A stretch of DNA of 64,000 nt, from the NCBI GenBank assembly GCA_951406725.2, contig OX597818.1, forward strand, positions 3,224,001-3,288,000. The letters run 5' to 3'. Every line of letters starts with the position of its first letter. Position 1 is the stretch's first letter. The translations under genes were made by a program, and so were the position numbers. Below the pieces are notes generated by a model, which had not been told where the DNA came from, made no database searches, and saw nothing but the letters and a program-made list of their open reading frames with translations. Source of the stretch: Octopus vulgaris (taxonomy: Eukaryota). Below, piece after piece: positions 11,126-23,894 of the stretch.

Positions 11126-12355
11126 TCTATGTTATCCTTGGGCATGGGTATGCAAGCACACTATGCTCTTAGGGTAAGTTAATCTACTATGTATGTTGAA
11201 AATCGGTGTGTGTATTTGTTTGTGGCATTGTTAGCTAACTCCTCCTACATCGTTTTATTGACACGTGAGTAGAACTCATATCTGGAAACCTCATGACATA
11301 CATTGTTGAAAAAATCGATAATACGGCCCCTGGAAGGAACCTTTATATTTACCTCACATAACTAATTTTTTTTAAACACCCAAGGGAAATAACCCAAAGC
11401 ACCTGTACAATATTTTTGAACACTCAAAGGAAATAATCCATTTCATTGTTTATGCTCGATTAATTTGTGTGTCCAATTTCTAATTTTTGCAGATTAATTG
11501 TGTGTCCAATTTCTAATTTTTGCAGACAATATCACTTTTATACCTTATTTGACATGTGAGTAGGACTCATGTCTGGAAACCTCGTGACATACTTAGATTG
11601 TTGAAAAAAATCTTTAATAGGGCCCTTCCACTGGATCCTTCTATCTACTACATATTACTGATATTTTATTTAAACAACCCAAGGGAAATAACCCATACCG
11701 CCTGCAAATTTTAGTGAAGCGATCAATATTTGATCAGCCGACCTAATTCTGCATTTCACTACTCACAGTTTTGAACTGCTAAACATTATTATACTTCCTT
11801 AATTTGGATTTTAAACATTAAAGACTTCATTCATAAATTTCTATACATAAATACTTTTTTGAATGCCCATTACTCCGATAATTCTGCATTTTTACAGTAA
11901 CACTTTTTCCATGACAGTAGATAAATTTTTTATTCCACAAAGTATTTGTAGTGGCTTCATGCCGGCATGTCATAGATTCGATCCTCGATTGCCAAATTTC
12001 ACTGACCACTTCACCAGCACTTTTCTCACAGTAAAACAATAGTTTTTCTGTGAATGACACCAGTTATACATTTCCCAGATGCCTTCACTAAGTAGAATAA
12101 TGTCTTTGCCTCTCACCAACCTTCAACAGCCTCTCTCATCAACTTTTGACAATCTTTCTCGCCAACCTCTGAAAACCTCTCTTGCCAACCTCCAACAATC
12201 TCTTCCTCCTCCAGCTGACTGTTTTTGTACTTTTTCATGATGGAAAATACACCTTTTGTGGCAGTTATAACGAAATTGCTTTCTTATATCAGAGTAATAA
12301 TGCATCTCAATAGAACATCTTTACCCCCCGGGAATTAGCGGATGCATCAACTAGT
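11126..12355 (+). mobile_element. Possible non-autonomous Helitron-like element with internal duplication
   Basis: Starts near A|TC, ends in a GC-rich segment plus CTAG|T at ~12351-12355; ~11255-11405 duplicated at ~11545-11705. Confidence 0.4.
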
Positions 12356-12477
12356 AACAGAATAAACAAACGTTTATCAGGAATCAAATTTAAATAAGCG
12401 GAAAATGGAGAAAACTTTTGATCAACAAGCAAACAAATTGACCAACATTGGTTAATTATTTTTTATTACAAAACATA

Positions 12478-12689
12478 ACATTATTTACATTTGACGGATA
12501 TTTGTCCTCTTCTTGTTTGTTGTTAACTCAACGTTTAGGCTGATATACTCTCCAGCTTTTTTCAGGTGTCCTGGGGAAATTTTGAATCTGGGTTTTCATT
12601 TCTTTCGATCTTCTTCTTATTATTTTTATTCAAGTCACTGCCTGGAATCGAACTTGGAATCTTGGGGTTAGTAGCCCATGCTCTTAACC
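12478..12689 (-). mobile_element. tRNA-derived SINE-like element carrying a degenerate HHR (12526-12569); left arm of an inverted pair
   Basis: Minus strand: GGTTAAGAGC..GTTCGATTCC (tRNA-like A/B box), AAT-rich linker, then ACAC-CUGAAAAA-AGCUG..CAGCC-UAAA-CGUU-GAGU. Confidence 0.7.
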
Positions 12690-12747
12690 CCAAGATTCCG
12701 AGTTCAATTCCAGGCAGTGACCTGAATAATAATAAAAAAAAATAATA

Positions 12748-15678
12748 AGGAGAGCAATAAAACACTGTTCCGAAATCTATCCAAAAACATTGGAAATAAA
12801 GACATCGCATGGAGCCAAAAATAGCTGACAAAGGGTTGGACTATATCCGAGTAAGTAATACTCATTGAAATTTATTACTATTTTCCAAATGAAATTATGT
12901 ATTTTAACTGAATATCATCTCCACTGCTCGCACAGCACCTGTAAACATGCTTGATACATGATGATGCATCAACACCAGAGCATCTCCAGCCCCAAAAACC
13001 ATGTACAAAAAAATTACAAATAAATTAAATAATACCGGTATTATTCAACCCAAGAATAACAAACAGGAAGTGCATACATTAAACTTGTTACACAAAATGT
13101 ACGAAAAACTACACATGGAAAACAATTTGAAAACAGAAATGAATGGACCGGTACCCTACGAAAATGATGACCATCAAACTAAAGGGCCGGACGTTGTTCC
13201 TCATGTCCCGCAAATAAAACCAAAAAGGCATAAATAGACACGTGAGGAATATATTTCAATCCTACACGCTTACTTTACAGCAGTGCTCTACCCAAAGAAA
13301 GAAAACACAACACATACATATAAAACATGGAAGAAAAATAATCTAAACAGACTTAGATACAGCAACGAACCCTAATAAACTAGCTAACATACGAAGATAT
13401 ATTCTCAACACAAAAAGAACATCAGAAATAGAAATAAAACATTTGAAAGGAAAAATACACCAGGAAAACGTAGATAGAAGCCACAAAACAATGCCAAATA
13501 ATATAAACACTGAGATAGTAATACACGAAGACAGACGTAACATTTCCAACAAAAACGAAGTAAACAAAAAACAACAAACCCAGAGTGTAGGGATGTATAA
13601 TAATGTACTAAAAGCACCAAACCAGAACACCACAGACAAACATATGAATGAGAAGGAAAGCGAAACAAATCTAAAACCTGGAAACAATGATGGGGAACCT
13701 AATGATTATGATACTATAAAAATGAGAATAATCAAAGAACTGAAAAAAACAGATCTCAGAATGGACCATTGTCAAAATAGACAATAAAACAACATCAATA
13801 ATAAATAGCATAAACCTGTCCGTCACAGAACTGATAGCCACAGAAACAAATGGCAATATCACTGAACTAAATGACATAATATATGCAGCAGCCACAAAAG
13901 AAGCTGGATACTCCCTCAAACCCATCCAAACAGGAGTACCATCACCCGAACAAACCCTGTGGATAAATAACATAAAAAAAAATACAAAAACAGAGAAAAG
14001 CTTTTTATCAATTCTTTTCATTATATGTTTTTGGTAATTTCTGGTGGGGATGCTTTAGTCTTGTGCTGCAATTAAAAATCCCTCCGTCTCTGCTTTGAGT
14101 CCAGAGCTTCTCAACCATTGCTGGGATTTTTCTCTGTCTATTTCTTTTGAATTTAGTTTAGTCCAGTATTTGCCATGACGGGGCTTTTCTTGCCATCGTT
14201 TTATCATGGTCCGTTGCTGTTCTAGTTTTAGTTTGGATTTCATTTGTTTTATAGCTTTTGTTGTTTCTTCTTCTTCTTCTTCATATTTGTTAGGTAGTGT
14301 GATTTCTTGTTTGTATTTGTCAGCTTCCTTAAATACTGAGAACAGTTTTTTGTTTTGCTCGTGTTTTGCCGCTATTTGTATCAGTTTTCCTTGCTTCTGA
14401 AGTAGATCTTTTTTCAGTCCTATGGTGGTTATTTTATAATAGTTTTCCAGCTGTATAAGACCTCTACCACCTTCTATACGTTGTATATATAGCCTTTCTA
14501 TGTCAGATTTTGGATGGTGCATCGTAGATCCTGTCATTATTTTTCTTGTTTTCATATTTTGGTTAGTTCATTTAGTGTCCAGTTAAGGATATTGTAGCTG
14601 TAACTTATAACTGGGACAGCTAAAGTGCTAATACCTATTATCTCGCTTTTAGCATTGAGCTGTTTTAGTATTGATCTAACTCGTCTATAGTATTCTTTCT
14701 TTATTTTCTCTTTCATTTGTGTGTGTTGTATCATATCTAGTTCATGGATTCCTAAATATTTGTATGTCTGGCTTTGGTCTAATTCTCATATTTCATTGGT
14801 TTTATCTAGCGTGATGTTGCTACTCTTAACTAGTTTTCCTATTTTCAGGGTTGCTTTGGCGCATTTTTCTAATCCAAATTTCATATCTATTTCTTTGGTA
14901 AATCCATGTACTGTCTGTAGTAGTGTTTCCAGCTGTTTGTCATTTGTAGCGTATAGTTTTCGGTCATCCATATATAAAAGGTGGCTGATTGCTTTGCTGT
15001 AACATTTGTATCCACATCCCGTTCTATTTAGCATATCAGATAGAGGTGTCAGTGCCAAGTAGAAAAGGAGTGGAGAGAGCGTGTCTCCCTGGAATATTCC
15101 TCTTCTAATGGGGATGGCTTTGGTTTTCACGAGTCTCTCTTTTATTTGGAGCTGTAGCACTGTCTACCATTTATTCGTAGAGTGTCTTATGTATTTTATA
15201 ATTATTGTTGCTACCTTGTTAAGTGTTTTGAGGATCCACGTGTGGGGAATGTTATCAAAAGCCTTTCGGTAGTCAATCCAGGCCATACTGAGGCCTTTCT
15301 TCTTTCTTCAGTTATGGATTTATTGATCATTAGTTGATCTTTACAGTCATATGAGTCCTTGCAACATCCCTTCTGCCCTTCTGGAAACAGTTTGTTTTCT
15401 TCCAGATGCTTGTTCAATCTTTGCGATATTACTGCAGTAAAGGCTTTGTACATTGTAGGGAGACTGGTTATAGGTCTGTAGTTTTGTGGTTTTGCCGTTT
15501 CATTGGATTTGGGAATTAAAATGGTTTTCCCTTTTGTGAGCCATTCAGGCATTGTCTCTGGCTCTGCCAGTATGGCATTAAAGTTTTCAGTCAGCTCTTT
15601 GTGCATTCCTGTCAGATATTTCAACCAGAAGTTGGGGATCTTGTTGTGCCCAGGTGCCTTCCAGTTGCTTAGTCTACT
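12748..15678. mobile_element. R4/Dong-clade non-LTR element, decayed; N-terminal part on + (~12960-14000), RT part on - (14055-15675)
   Basis: KAPG, NYRPIT, GIFQGDTLSPLLF, HLLYMDD, HHPKSDIERLY..GGRGL, GLKAETEGFLIAAQD; flanked by AAT/AAC repeats. Confidence 0.85.
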
Positions 15679-15872
15679 GAACAACAACAACAACAGTGAA
15701 AATACCTTAGGAATGAGAACCCAGGTTCGAAATTTCCTCTGGATACCTGAAGAAGGCTGGAGAGTATATCAGCTGAAACGTGTTAACATCAAACAGGATG
15801 TGGACGAATATCCATCAAATGTAAATAAGGTAGATAATGTACATAATTCCTCATCTCTCAAATATAGAACTG
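15679..15872 (+). mobile_element. Remainder of the right arm of the tRNA/HHR SINE (head at 12685-12747); HHR at 15743-15784
   Basis: Inverted homolog of 12478-12600; AUAC-CUGAAGAA-GGCUG..CAGCU-GAAAC-GUGU, with the cleavage triplet apparently eroded. Confidence 0.75.
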
Positions 15873-16519
15873 GAAAACATAACATAACATTTCTTACAGC
15901 CGTTTCGGCTGGCAATGTCAGTCGGTGCTTACAAAGAAAATTCCGAAAATAATGTTCGTCATCTTCATAGCACATTCGATCTAGTACATGAAGCTTCATC
16001 GGAGTGAATACAAATATATAAAATAAAGGAAGGGAAGAATCAAGAGGAAAGAACAGGGCCTCGAGATGAGGTCAGACAGCTCAATATATTGGGTTGTCCG
16101 GAAAGTTCGTGCCGATTTTTAAAGGAAAGAAAAAGGTCAATAAATACTTCCTGTTACATTTTTAATCAACCAAATATGAACCATTTTGTTGCACAATGCA
16201 TCTCCATCTTTCCTCTAACTTGAAAATACCCTCTTCCCAGAATTGAGGTGGTTTCTTTTTACGTCATCCAAGGAATTGAAATTTTTACCATTAAGACTAT
16301 TCTGCAGAATAAGTGGAAATCCGAAGGAGCAATATCTGGTGAATATGGAGGGTGGGGTAACACATCCCAGCTGAGCTGCAGCAATTTTTGTCTGGTTCCC
16401 AAAGCAATAAGTGCCGAAAATGAACTTTCTTATCTTCCATTTTAAAGGGTTACAGAATTAACACAGGTTATAGGAACATAAACCTTCTTCCACGAAAAGA
16501 TAGCTTAACCTGTGCTCTA

Positions 16520-18269
16520 GGTTTATTTATTATCCATAAAGGACTATACATAGATGGGGACGGTACAATTGGGGAACATAAAATAACAAAAGAGGATGAA
16601 TAAAGCCGAAGAAATTAAAAAAAGAATGAATTATGATGATATTATAATGAGGCGCAATGCCCACTCGACCCCCGAAGTGGAGTGGTTACATTTTGTCAGT
16701 CTTTTCCCTTAATTGATTTTCTCAAAGATTACAACTGAATTATACAAAATTTCATATCAATTTCACAAAATTACAATTGAAGTTCACAAAATTTACAAAA
16801 AAATAAATTTCACAGGAATTTCAAAAAAATAAATTTCGCAAACATAGAATTTTTCGGCACTTTTTCCACTTTTCCATAATTTCAGAGATAGTCTATTTTT
16901 CTTTTCAGATCCTCATAATCCATTACGGGAGATGAGTGATCCATCAACCGACACCTCTTCTAGTATATTCTTTCTGGCAACCTCGATGAAAATGGCGTAA
17001 CTGTCCGGATGGACTAAAACACCAATCTCATTTTCGTCATACTTGGTTCCCATCCTTACTCTTGTTACTCCCTTCATTCTTGATCCTTTTTTCTCTATTT
17101 CTTAGGAACTTTTATATATTACAAATGCTCCATAAAATTTAAACGTATCATTACCTTTGTTTTCCGCTGAGTCTTCCCTCGTCTTCAAACTTTTTCTACT
17201 TTTGGGACTGGCAGCTCCTTTGCTCTCTTTCTTTGTTTTTTTCATTTCTCTCTTCTTCTTGTCCTTTTTGCTTTCTTTCCCTTTCAGTGTACTGTTTTTC
17301 CCTAACTTTTTTTCTTCAGTTTGAACTTTCTCCCGTCTCTGTTCTTTTTTTAGCTCTTTTTGTTCCTTTTCTGTTGTCTCTTTACTTTGCGTAAATTCAT
17401 ATAATGGACACTCAGTCCTTATATGTCCTCTTGTTCCGCACACATAACAATTGGGTCTCCTTCCCTCGACAATAATGTTTATCGTCGGTTCATTTTCAAC
17501 TTCGATCTGGAAGGGGATTCTTTCTATGTCTTTTGTTGCGGCTGTAAGCCACGTTTCGACTCTGAATCCCCGCCAGTTCACCGTATTGGTTTCAGTAACT
17601 GGACCCAGTTCGGGTTCATCTTTTGTAGACCCTAGAATTGCTGCCACCAGCCATTCTGTTTTTATTTCCGGTGGTATACTCGGAATCTTAACCTTGATAC
17701 TTCTTCTCCCTTTATAAGTGGGTAACATTGTAAACCTTTCTGTTCTTAAGAAGCAGTGGATAGCGAGGCCGCCTCTTCTCTTGTGGCAAACCTTACCTCC
17801 ACCGTACAAAACTTCTTCCCTCTGTCAACATAAGTTGCTCTTTCCATTACGTCTCCGAGACACTTTTCGATTTCTTCTGATATCCATACTATTTTCTTTG
17901 TGTTCATATCTTGAGTTTTATATATGATCGTTTTAAGGTTCTTATCCTCTGTTGTTTCTGCAGGAGGGATCAGCTTGATGCTTTCTCCCTCTCTTCTCAC
18001 GTACTGTTCACATCTCTGTATTTCTTCTTTATCAATTGTAACATTCTTTTTAAAACCCAGTGACGCGACACTTCTTGTTTGCAGCTACCCTTGCATAGGT
18101 ATCCACGACAGAGGGATGACGTCTTTTCTTTCACCTAAAATGAGAAAAAAAGAATGGCAAGCAGCAGCAAGCGCCTTGCGCAATTCGTTCTCATTACAAC
18201 TTTTTCACATTTTTTCACACAAAAGACATAACGTCTTCACCACACGAGCTCAAAAAAATATGTCTGAAT
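16520..18269 (-). mobile_element. Full-length ORF1-only non-autonomous retroelement (gag-like protein with CCHC knuckle), no RT
   Basis: 21-bp TSD gatagcttaacctgtgctcta at 16499-16519 and 18270-18290; CYVCGTRGHIRTEC; AATAAA at the 3' end. Confidence 0.85.
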
Positions 18270-18290
18270 GATAGCTTAACCTGTGCTCTA

Positions 18291-21200
18291 TGATTTTTTA
18301 TTACCTATACAGGCGATACGTAGAAAATGACAATACAATCGCGAATGATTTGATGATACAGAGCAATTTGGTGTCAATTAAAATTTTACATAATTATATA
18401 AATTATCGAATGACTGGACATGCACAAGGGACGTTTTTACAAATGGAGTGGGGGCAGGTTTTTACGGACCCCACAAACCCCACCTCACCACTAACCTCAG
18501 GTTTTGGGCTTATCTCGCATCCAGGAGGGACCTTTTATATGCAACATTCTTCCATCTTTCATCAAACACTTTCTTACTCAGGCATCTCCTCTCCAGCCCT
18601 ATTTGTCTTTTTAGGTGGAATATGAAGAAATTCTCCAGACCAGGACCAGAGATGAAGTTGCCTGACATCAACCCTCTCATCCTTGTCTTCCATACTACCT
18701 GTTTCGCAGTTGCTACTACAGAGAAAAAACAATTCTTACCTTCTTTCGTTAAGAAATGAGTACACTTCAAATCCGTTAACGAGGATCGACCGGAGGGCAA
18801 GTCTGGTGCCAGCAGCCGCGGTAATTCCAGCTCCGGTAGCGTATATTAAAATAGATATGTACATTAGAACAGTCTGGCTAGCTGATTATCGTCGAAACCT
18901 AGGGTTTCCCCCAGTGTATCATCGCATCCCGCCTCTACAAACCCACTATAGAAAACAGCGGTGGAACCACTGCCGCAGGCCTTGCCCAAGCGACGGAAGA
19001 GCAGGAGTGCCTTGCGACACTCCGTAAACCATGTACCCAACTTCGATCTACGATAAAACCAGGTTTCCCATCCACCTAAACTAGTGAACCTGGGAAATAT
19101 CCGTTTCGCCATTGGAGACCACACCCGTTCACCATCCAGGTAGAGCCACAGATGCCTCAACCTCAGCGCATATTTGCGCATCATTAGCCATGGCATCCCT
19201 ACTCCACCCTTTAACGGTTGTTCACAGCAAACAGAGCGTTTCACAAGCGATTTCGAGCTCCTCCACAGAAAGCGGAAGAGCTGTCTTTCCAGCTTGGTTA
19301 ACCACGAATCAGGACAAGGAATAAACACATTGGCCACCTCCGCCCTCCCTTTCAGGGATAACCACCGCCAAGACCAGGTCTTGACTGTGTGGGTCACCTT
19401 GCTCGATACCTCGGCCCAGTTCCTCTCTATTTGGAGATCTGGTCCAAACCAAACTCCAAGCAGCTTAATCAAACCCTCCGTCCAATGGCCCACGACGCTG
19501 TCTGGAGGCGTCAACTTGCCTCTCCAGGTGCCGAGTTGCAAGCCGACTGACTTTTCACGATTAACTTTTGCTCCTGCCACCGTCTCCTAAGCCTCAATGG
19601 CCTTGTTTACCTTACGTAGGAGGGCCACTTCGGTCACGATGATAACACTATCATGTCATCCGCGTAAGCTGAAACCGACATTCCATGACCTGGTTGTCTT
19701 GGGATGCCACTCAGTTCTTACAGCAATGGCTCAAGAGCCACTACATACAAATGCGGGGAGAGCAGACACCCTTGACGAACCGAGCATTTGATGCTGAATG
19801 GCTTAGACAGAAAGCCGTTCACCCGAACTACCGAGTCAACGTTTTCATACATTTGAATGATCCACCTGAGGAAGCCAAGACCTGGGCCGAACTGTGCCAG
19901 AACGGACACCAGGTAATGATGGTCGACCCTATCAAAAAGCTTTCGATTGGTCTTAATGGACCACTGCCCCTCCCTTGCCGGAATCGTTATTAATTCCCTC
20001 TATAGTGTATCGTATCAGACGGAGATTATCCTGGATGGATCTGCCAGGTATGGCACATATCTGTGCCTCCCCGATTAGTCCATCCGCGACACGCGCCAAT
20101 CTTTTTAATAACACTTTAGCCAAAATCTTCAGCTCTGCGTTCAGCTGAGTGATGGGCCTAAAATTATCGATGACGTCCTCCTTGTCCGGGTCCTTTGTGA
20201 CTAGTGTCACCACTCCCCGGCGCACAGATCTGGGAATAAACCCATTCTGATGCCAGTTCGCATAGATGCCCGCCAGCAGGTCCCCAAACAAGTCCGGCAT
20301 ACTTTTATATAGCTTGTAGTGTAGACCATCCAGTCCTGGCGCCTTACTCGCGCCGCAGTCAGCCATGGCCTCTATTACCTCCCCAGGCGTGATCGGCTCC
20401 TCACTACACCTCACATCCTGCCCCGAGAGGCGCGGCAGCCCGTCGAGAAAGTCCGTTAGGTCCCTCCTCCTATCTGGTCTACCGCTCCCCCCAAAGCTGG
20501 GCGAAGTGGTCCTGAAAGGCTTCACACGTATCCTCAGGCTCGTCTATCAACTTACCTTGTTGGTTCGTCAAAGATCGAATTGTGGCACCATTGTCACGTT
20601 GGGCTTCCACCACTCGGGCCCATCCCACGGCATTAATTCCTTCGCTCTCCATTGCACATTGTCTAGCCCTGATGATGCAACCCATGTGCTTGGCTTTGAG
20701 GTGTTGGTTTAAAACTAGTCTCTTGGCCGTCACCTGAGCCGCAGTGCCAGTTCGCATTGCTTCCTCTAAGTCCTTAACTAGTGCTGATTCCCTTCTAGTC
20801 TCTCTAGCCACTAAACCTGTGCTATATCTAATAGACGCATATTTAATGGCTTGCTTGAGGGCATACCACCATTTATTGTTAATAATGGATCCGGTTAATG
20901 CCCTCTGAATCAACAACTTAATCCGGTCTCTGTATTCCTTAATCGCCAAAAGGGATGTATTAAGTTTCCAGTAGCCGGGGCCTCTATATAACTTATCAAT
21001 GTCGAGCCTACAGGTGACCATCTTGTGATCACTGTAGCTGACCATGTGAAACTGTGGACACCTAGCTATTTTTGTATCTATTTTTCTAATTAATATTCTA
21101 TCTATATACGACCTCGAAGATCCGTCGCTGTTTGACCATGTCCACAATGGAGCGTTCGGATGTTCCAGCCTATATGGATCAATCAGCTCAAAACGTCTTA

Positions 21201-23440
21201 GTAGATCCAGGAAGCAAGCATTTCCTTTCTTATCAGAGCACAAGCCAACATAATCTACACACGCATCGTAAATTGTTATAGTCTCCTAGTATAACTAAAG
21301 GATGCGATGTACTAAGAAACTTCTCCAGGTTCTGAAAATATTCGCCTTGGCCCGTTGAATATTGGGGTGCGTAAATCGCAACCAGTCTGATCATCTTACA
21401 ACTGCTGAATGTCAAGTCAATGACAACCAGCCTACCTTCTGGATCTGAAAAAATTAACTTTTTCTCAGAAACCCGGTTCTTTTTCCACAGGACCAACACC
21501 CCACTTCTGCTGGGAGGACGGCTCGGAGAGAAGATACTCTCGTAACCGGCAAACAGCGGGAGCAGATCTCTTGGCCCCTTCAACCGGGTTTCTGTGGCAA
21601 CATCTAAATCCTGTGACCTGATGTCATTTAGGAAGCGTCCTTGCTTCCAGTTGGACATCAGATCACACATATTTATGCACCCTACATGAATGCGAGACAT
21701 GACTTACCTTATTCGGTCATCTTTCCTTTTTCCGGGGTTCGTGGGGTGGTTTCCCGACATAGGCCCTCATACAAGGATTCATTATAATCCAGTTTTGGAC
21801 CACATACATCAGAATTAAAGTTTGCTAGTAAAATATTAAAGTTCAGTCTGTCTAACCTAAAAATGTCAATGTGTTTTGGCAATGTTCGGTGGGTTGGAAA
21901 TTGTTCTACTGTTGGAATCCTTTCAATGCTTTTCATTAACTGGTCATTTTCCTTGTTGACGGCCATATAAACCATCTCTAAGGCCATTTCTCCTTTTTCG
22001 GACTATTTGGTGGAGACAACCCACCCGGACTTGTGGGAGGGGGTAGGGTGGACGGGGGGGTGGAGTCTGGGAGGAAATTCTCCAACACTACGGGGGTGGG
22101 GATGGGGTTCTGTCGGGTATCCGGAATTGGACGGGGGGAAATTTACATTTTTGACTTCTGTGGGGAGCTGTAGTGGGGTGGGGTGGTTTTTTTCTGTGTG
22201 TTTGCTGTGGTGTTTTTTTTCTTGTTTGTGCTGGGGGTTGGTGGGGTTAAGTCGTTGTTCCGCCTTTTTGGCATTTTCTTTTGTCTTACCGGGACAAAGT
22301 CTGTTTCTTCTTCGGCTTGCTTAGTGCTGGAGTCCTGTTGTTTTTTTTCTGTTTATTTTCTTCTGCTTCTTTTCTCATTTTTTCTTCTTCCTCCTTGCGG
22401 GTGGGGCAGTCTGCTCGACTGTGTCCTTTTTCACCACACTCATAGCAACGGGGTTTTCATCCCTCTACCACCACTCACAATATGATATCCTTGCTGAAGT
22501 GGATATTTTCGACTATTTCCTTTAGGGTTCCCGGGGCCGCCTGAATAGTCACTTCTAGACCCTAGCCCTGCCAGTTTTGTTTTTGTATTTTTGCCACTTC
22601 TATAACGGTTATTTTATTCTCCAGTCCCACTAATAGGGCTGGAAGCAATCATGTCACTTCTATTTCTGGTGGTATTTCTTCTATTTTTATTTTGGCGGTC
22701 CGTCTTCCTAGATATGACGGCAGCAAAATAATTTTGTTTGTCTTTATTGGTTGCAATGAATGTTGTTTTGCTTTTTCTTCTTTGAAGTAAACTGCTGTGG
22801 TTGCATATTTTTTTCCTCTTGTAATGTATTCGATGTCCTGCCAATTTGGCTGCAGGCACCTCTCAACTTGTTCGCCCGTTGCTTCTTCTATTTATTTTCT
22901 TTTATCATAAATGATTTGTACATTATTATTCTCTGTTGTGTATTCTTAATAATTTCATTTGGGAGGGTGGCCCTTGCATCAATCCCCTCCCTGGTATACA
23001 TATCTTTGTGTTTCGTAAATTCATTGTTATCAATGCGTATGACTTCTCTTTTAAGTCCGGCCGCAGCTGCGAAGTTGTACGTTTTTTGGTTTACGTTTTG
23101 GGTATCCTTTTTTTCTGAGTCTGTGCTTTTATTAACATTCATTATTTTCGAAGACGAATCTTCAATGGTTACATTTTTTGGACTAGAAGAAGACAAATCT
23201 TCAATAGTTAAACTGGAAGACGACAAGTCTTCACTATTCATTTTTTTTTCAAACAGAAATATTTTTTTGTGTGTGTACAAATGTAATTCTTTTCCCCTCC
23301 TTACGGAGGGGAACAACAGTTTTTGTTTTGTCTGTCACAAAAACAGACAACCAAAGTTCAAACAACGGCAATTAACAAAGTATTTTCACAAATCAAACCA
23401 AACAAAACAACTACTCACGGGCTCAAAAAAACACGTCCTC
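18291..23440 (-). mobile_element. Full-length decayed Tx1/L1-clade LINE: ORF1 ~23240-21709, ORF2 (APE + RT) 21700-18510
   Basis: APE motifs ETRL, ILGDYN, SYIDRIL, SDH; RT motifs KAPGLDG, NFRPIT, VRQGC; YWKLN linker. Confidence 0.92.
18755..18850 (+). pseudogene. 18S rRNA fragment (530-loop / helix 18 region) inserted in Tx1 ORF2
   Basis: AATGAGTACAC..GAGGGCAAGTCTGGTGCCAGCAGCCGCGGTAATTCCAGCTCC..AGCGTATATTAAA is the conserved eukaryotic SSU sequence. Confidence 0.95.
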
Positions 23441-23894
23441 GCTCAAATGGAGGTGTAGTCAAATTCTATTTTATGGACTCAACCATGTTCTAAAATAAGT
23501 CGAAAGGTAAGCTACTATAAATCGTCACGAACTTCCTGACAACCCAATATTAGAATCATGCCATTTTTCAGTGTGAAGCTTGAAGTCGATAGGCAAAAGA
23601 GTGAACTACCGATTGAGCTAGAGAAATAATTTATGGGTTATCTCTTTATAGGGGTACCAGGCTGTATAAATAGTAGTAAAATAAAACTAGTACTAAAGTA
23701 AAACAGGAATCGCCAATATGTCTAGAAAAAGGATAGTACAAGTGATTTCATAAATAGAGCTAATTAATATTTTCTCCCAAAACAAACCCGTAAAGTTTTT
23801 ATAATGGTGTAACTTACTGAAATATTCTAGAGATCAACCACCTATTGTCCGTAATGGAATTGACCACAGTCCAGCCATCTCTACAATTGGTCAG

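Larger units (their letters stand above)
16089..23547 (-). mobile_element. Internally deleted mariner element (parts 16089-16519 and ~23441-23547) hosting two nested retroelements
   Basis: TIRs ttgggttgtccggaaagttcgtgccgattt / aaatcgtcacgaacttcctgacaacccaa with flanking TA; WDVLPHPPYSPDIAPSDFHLF and GIFKLEERW..QNG on the minus strand. Confidence 0.9.

Noticed and set aside
12627-12728. tRNA gene
   Set aside because: Truncated SINE heads lacking an acceptor stem
15888-15945. Possible HHR on the minus strand (CAGCC-GAAA-CGGCUG-UA-AGAAA)
   Set aside because: The 3' half fits but the core is missing; too degenerate to call
18755-18850. rRNA gene or bacterial contamination
   Set aside because: Only 96 bp, eukaryotic 18S type, embedded in a LINE
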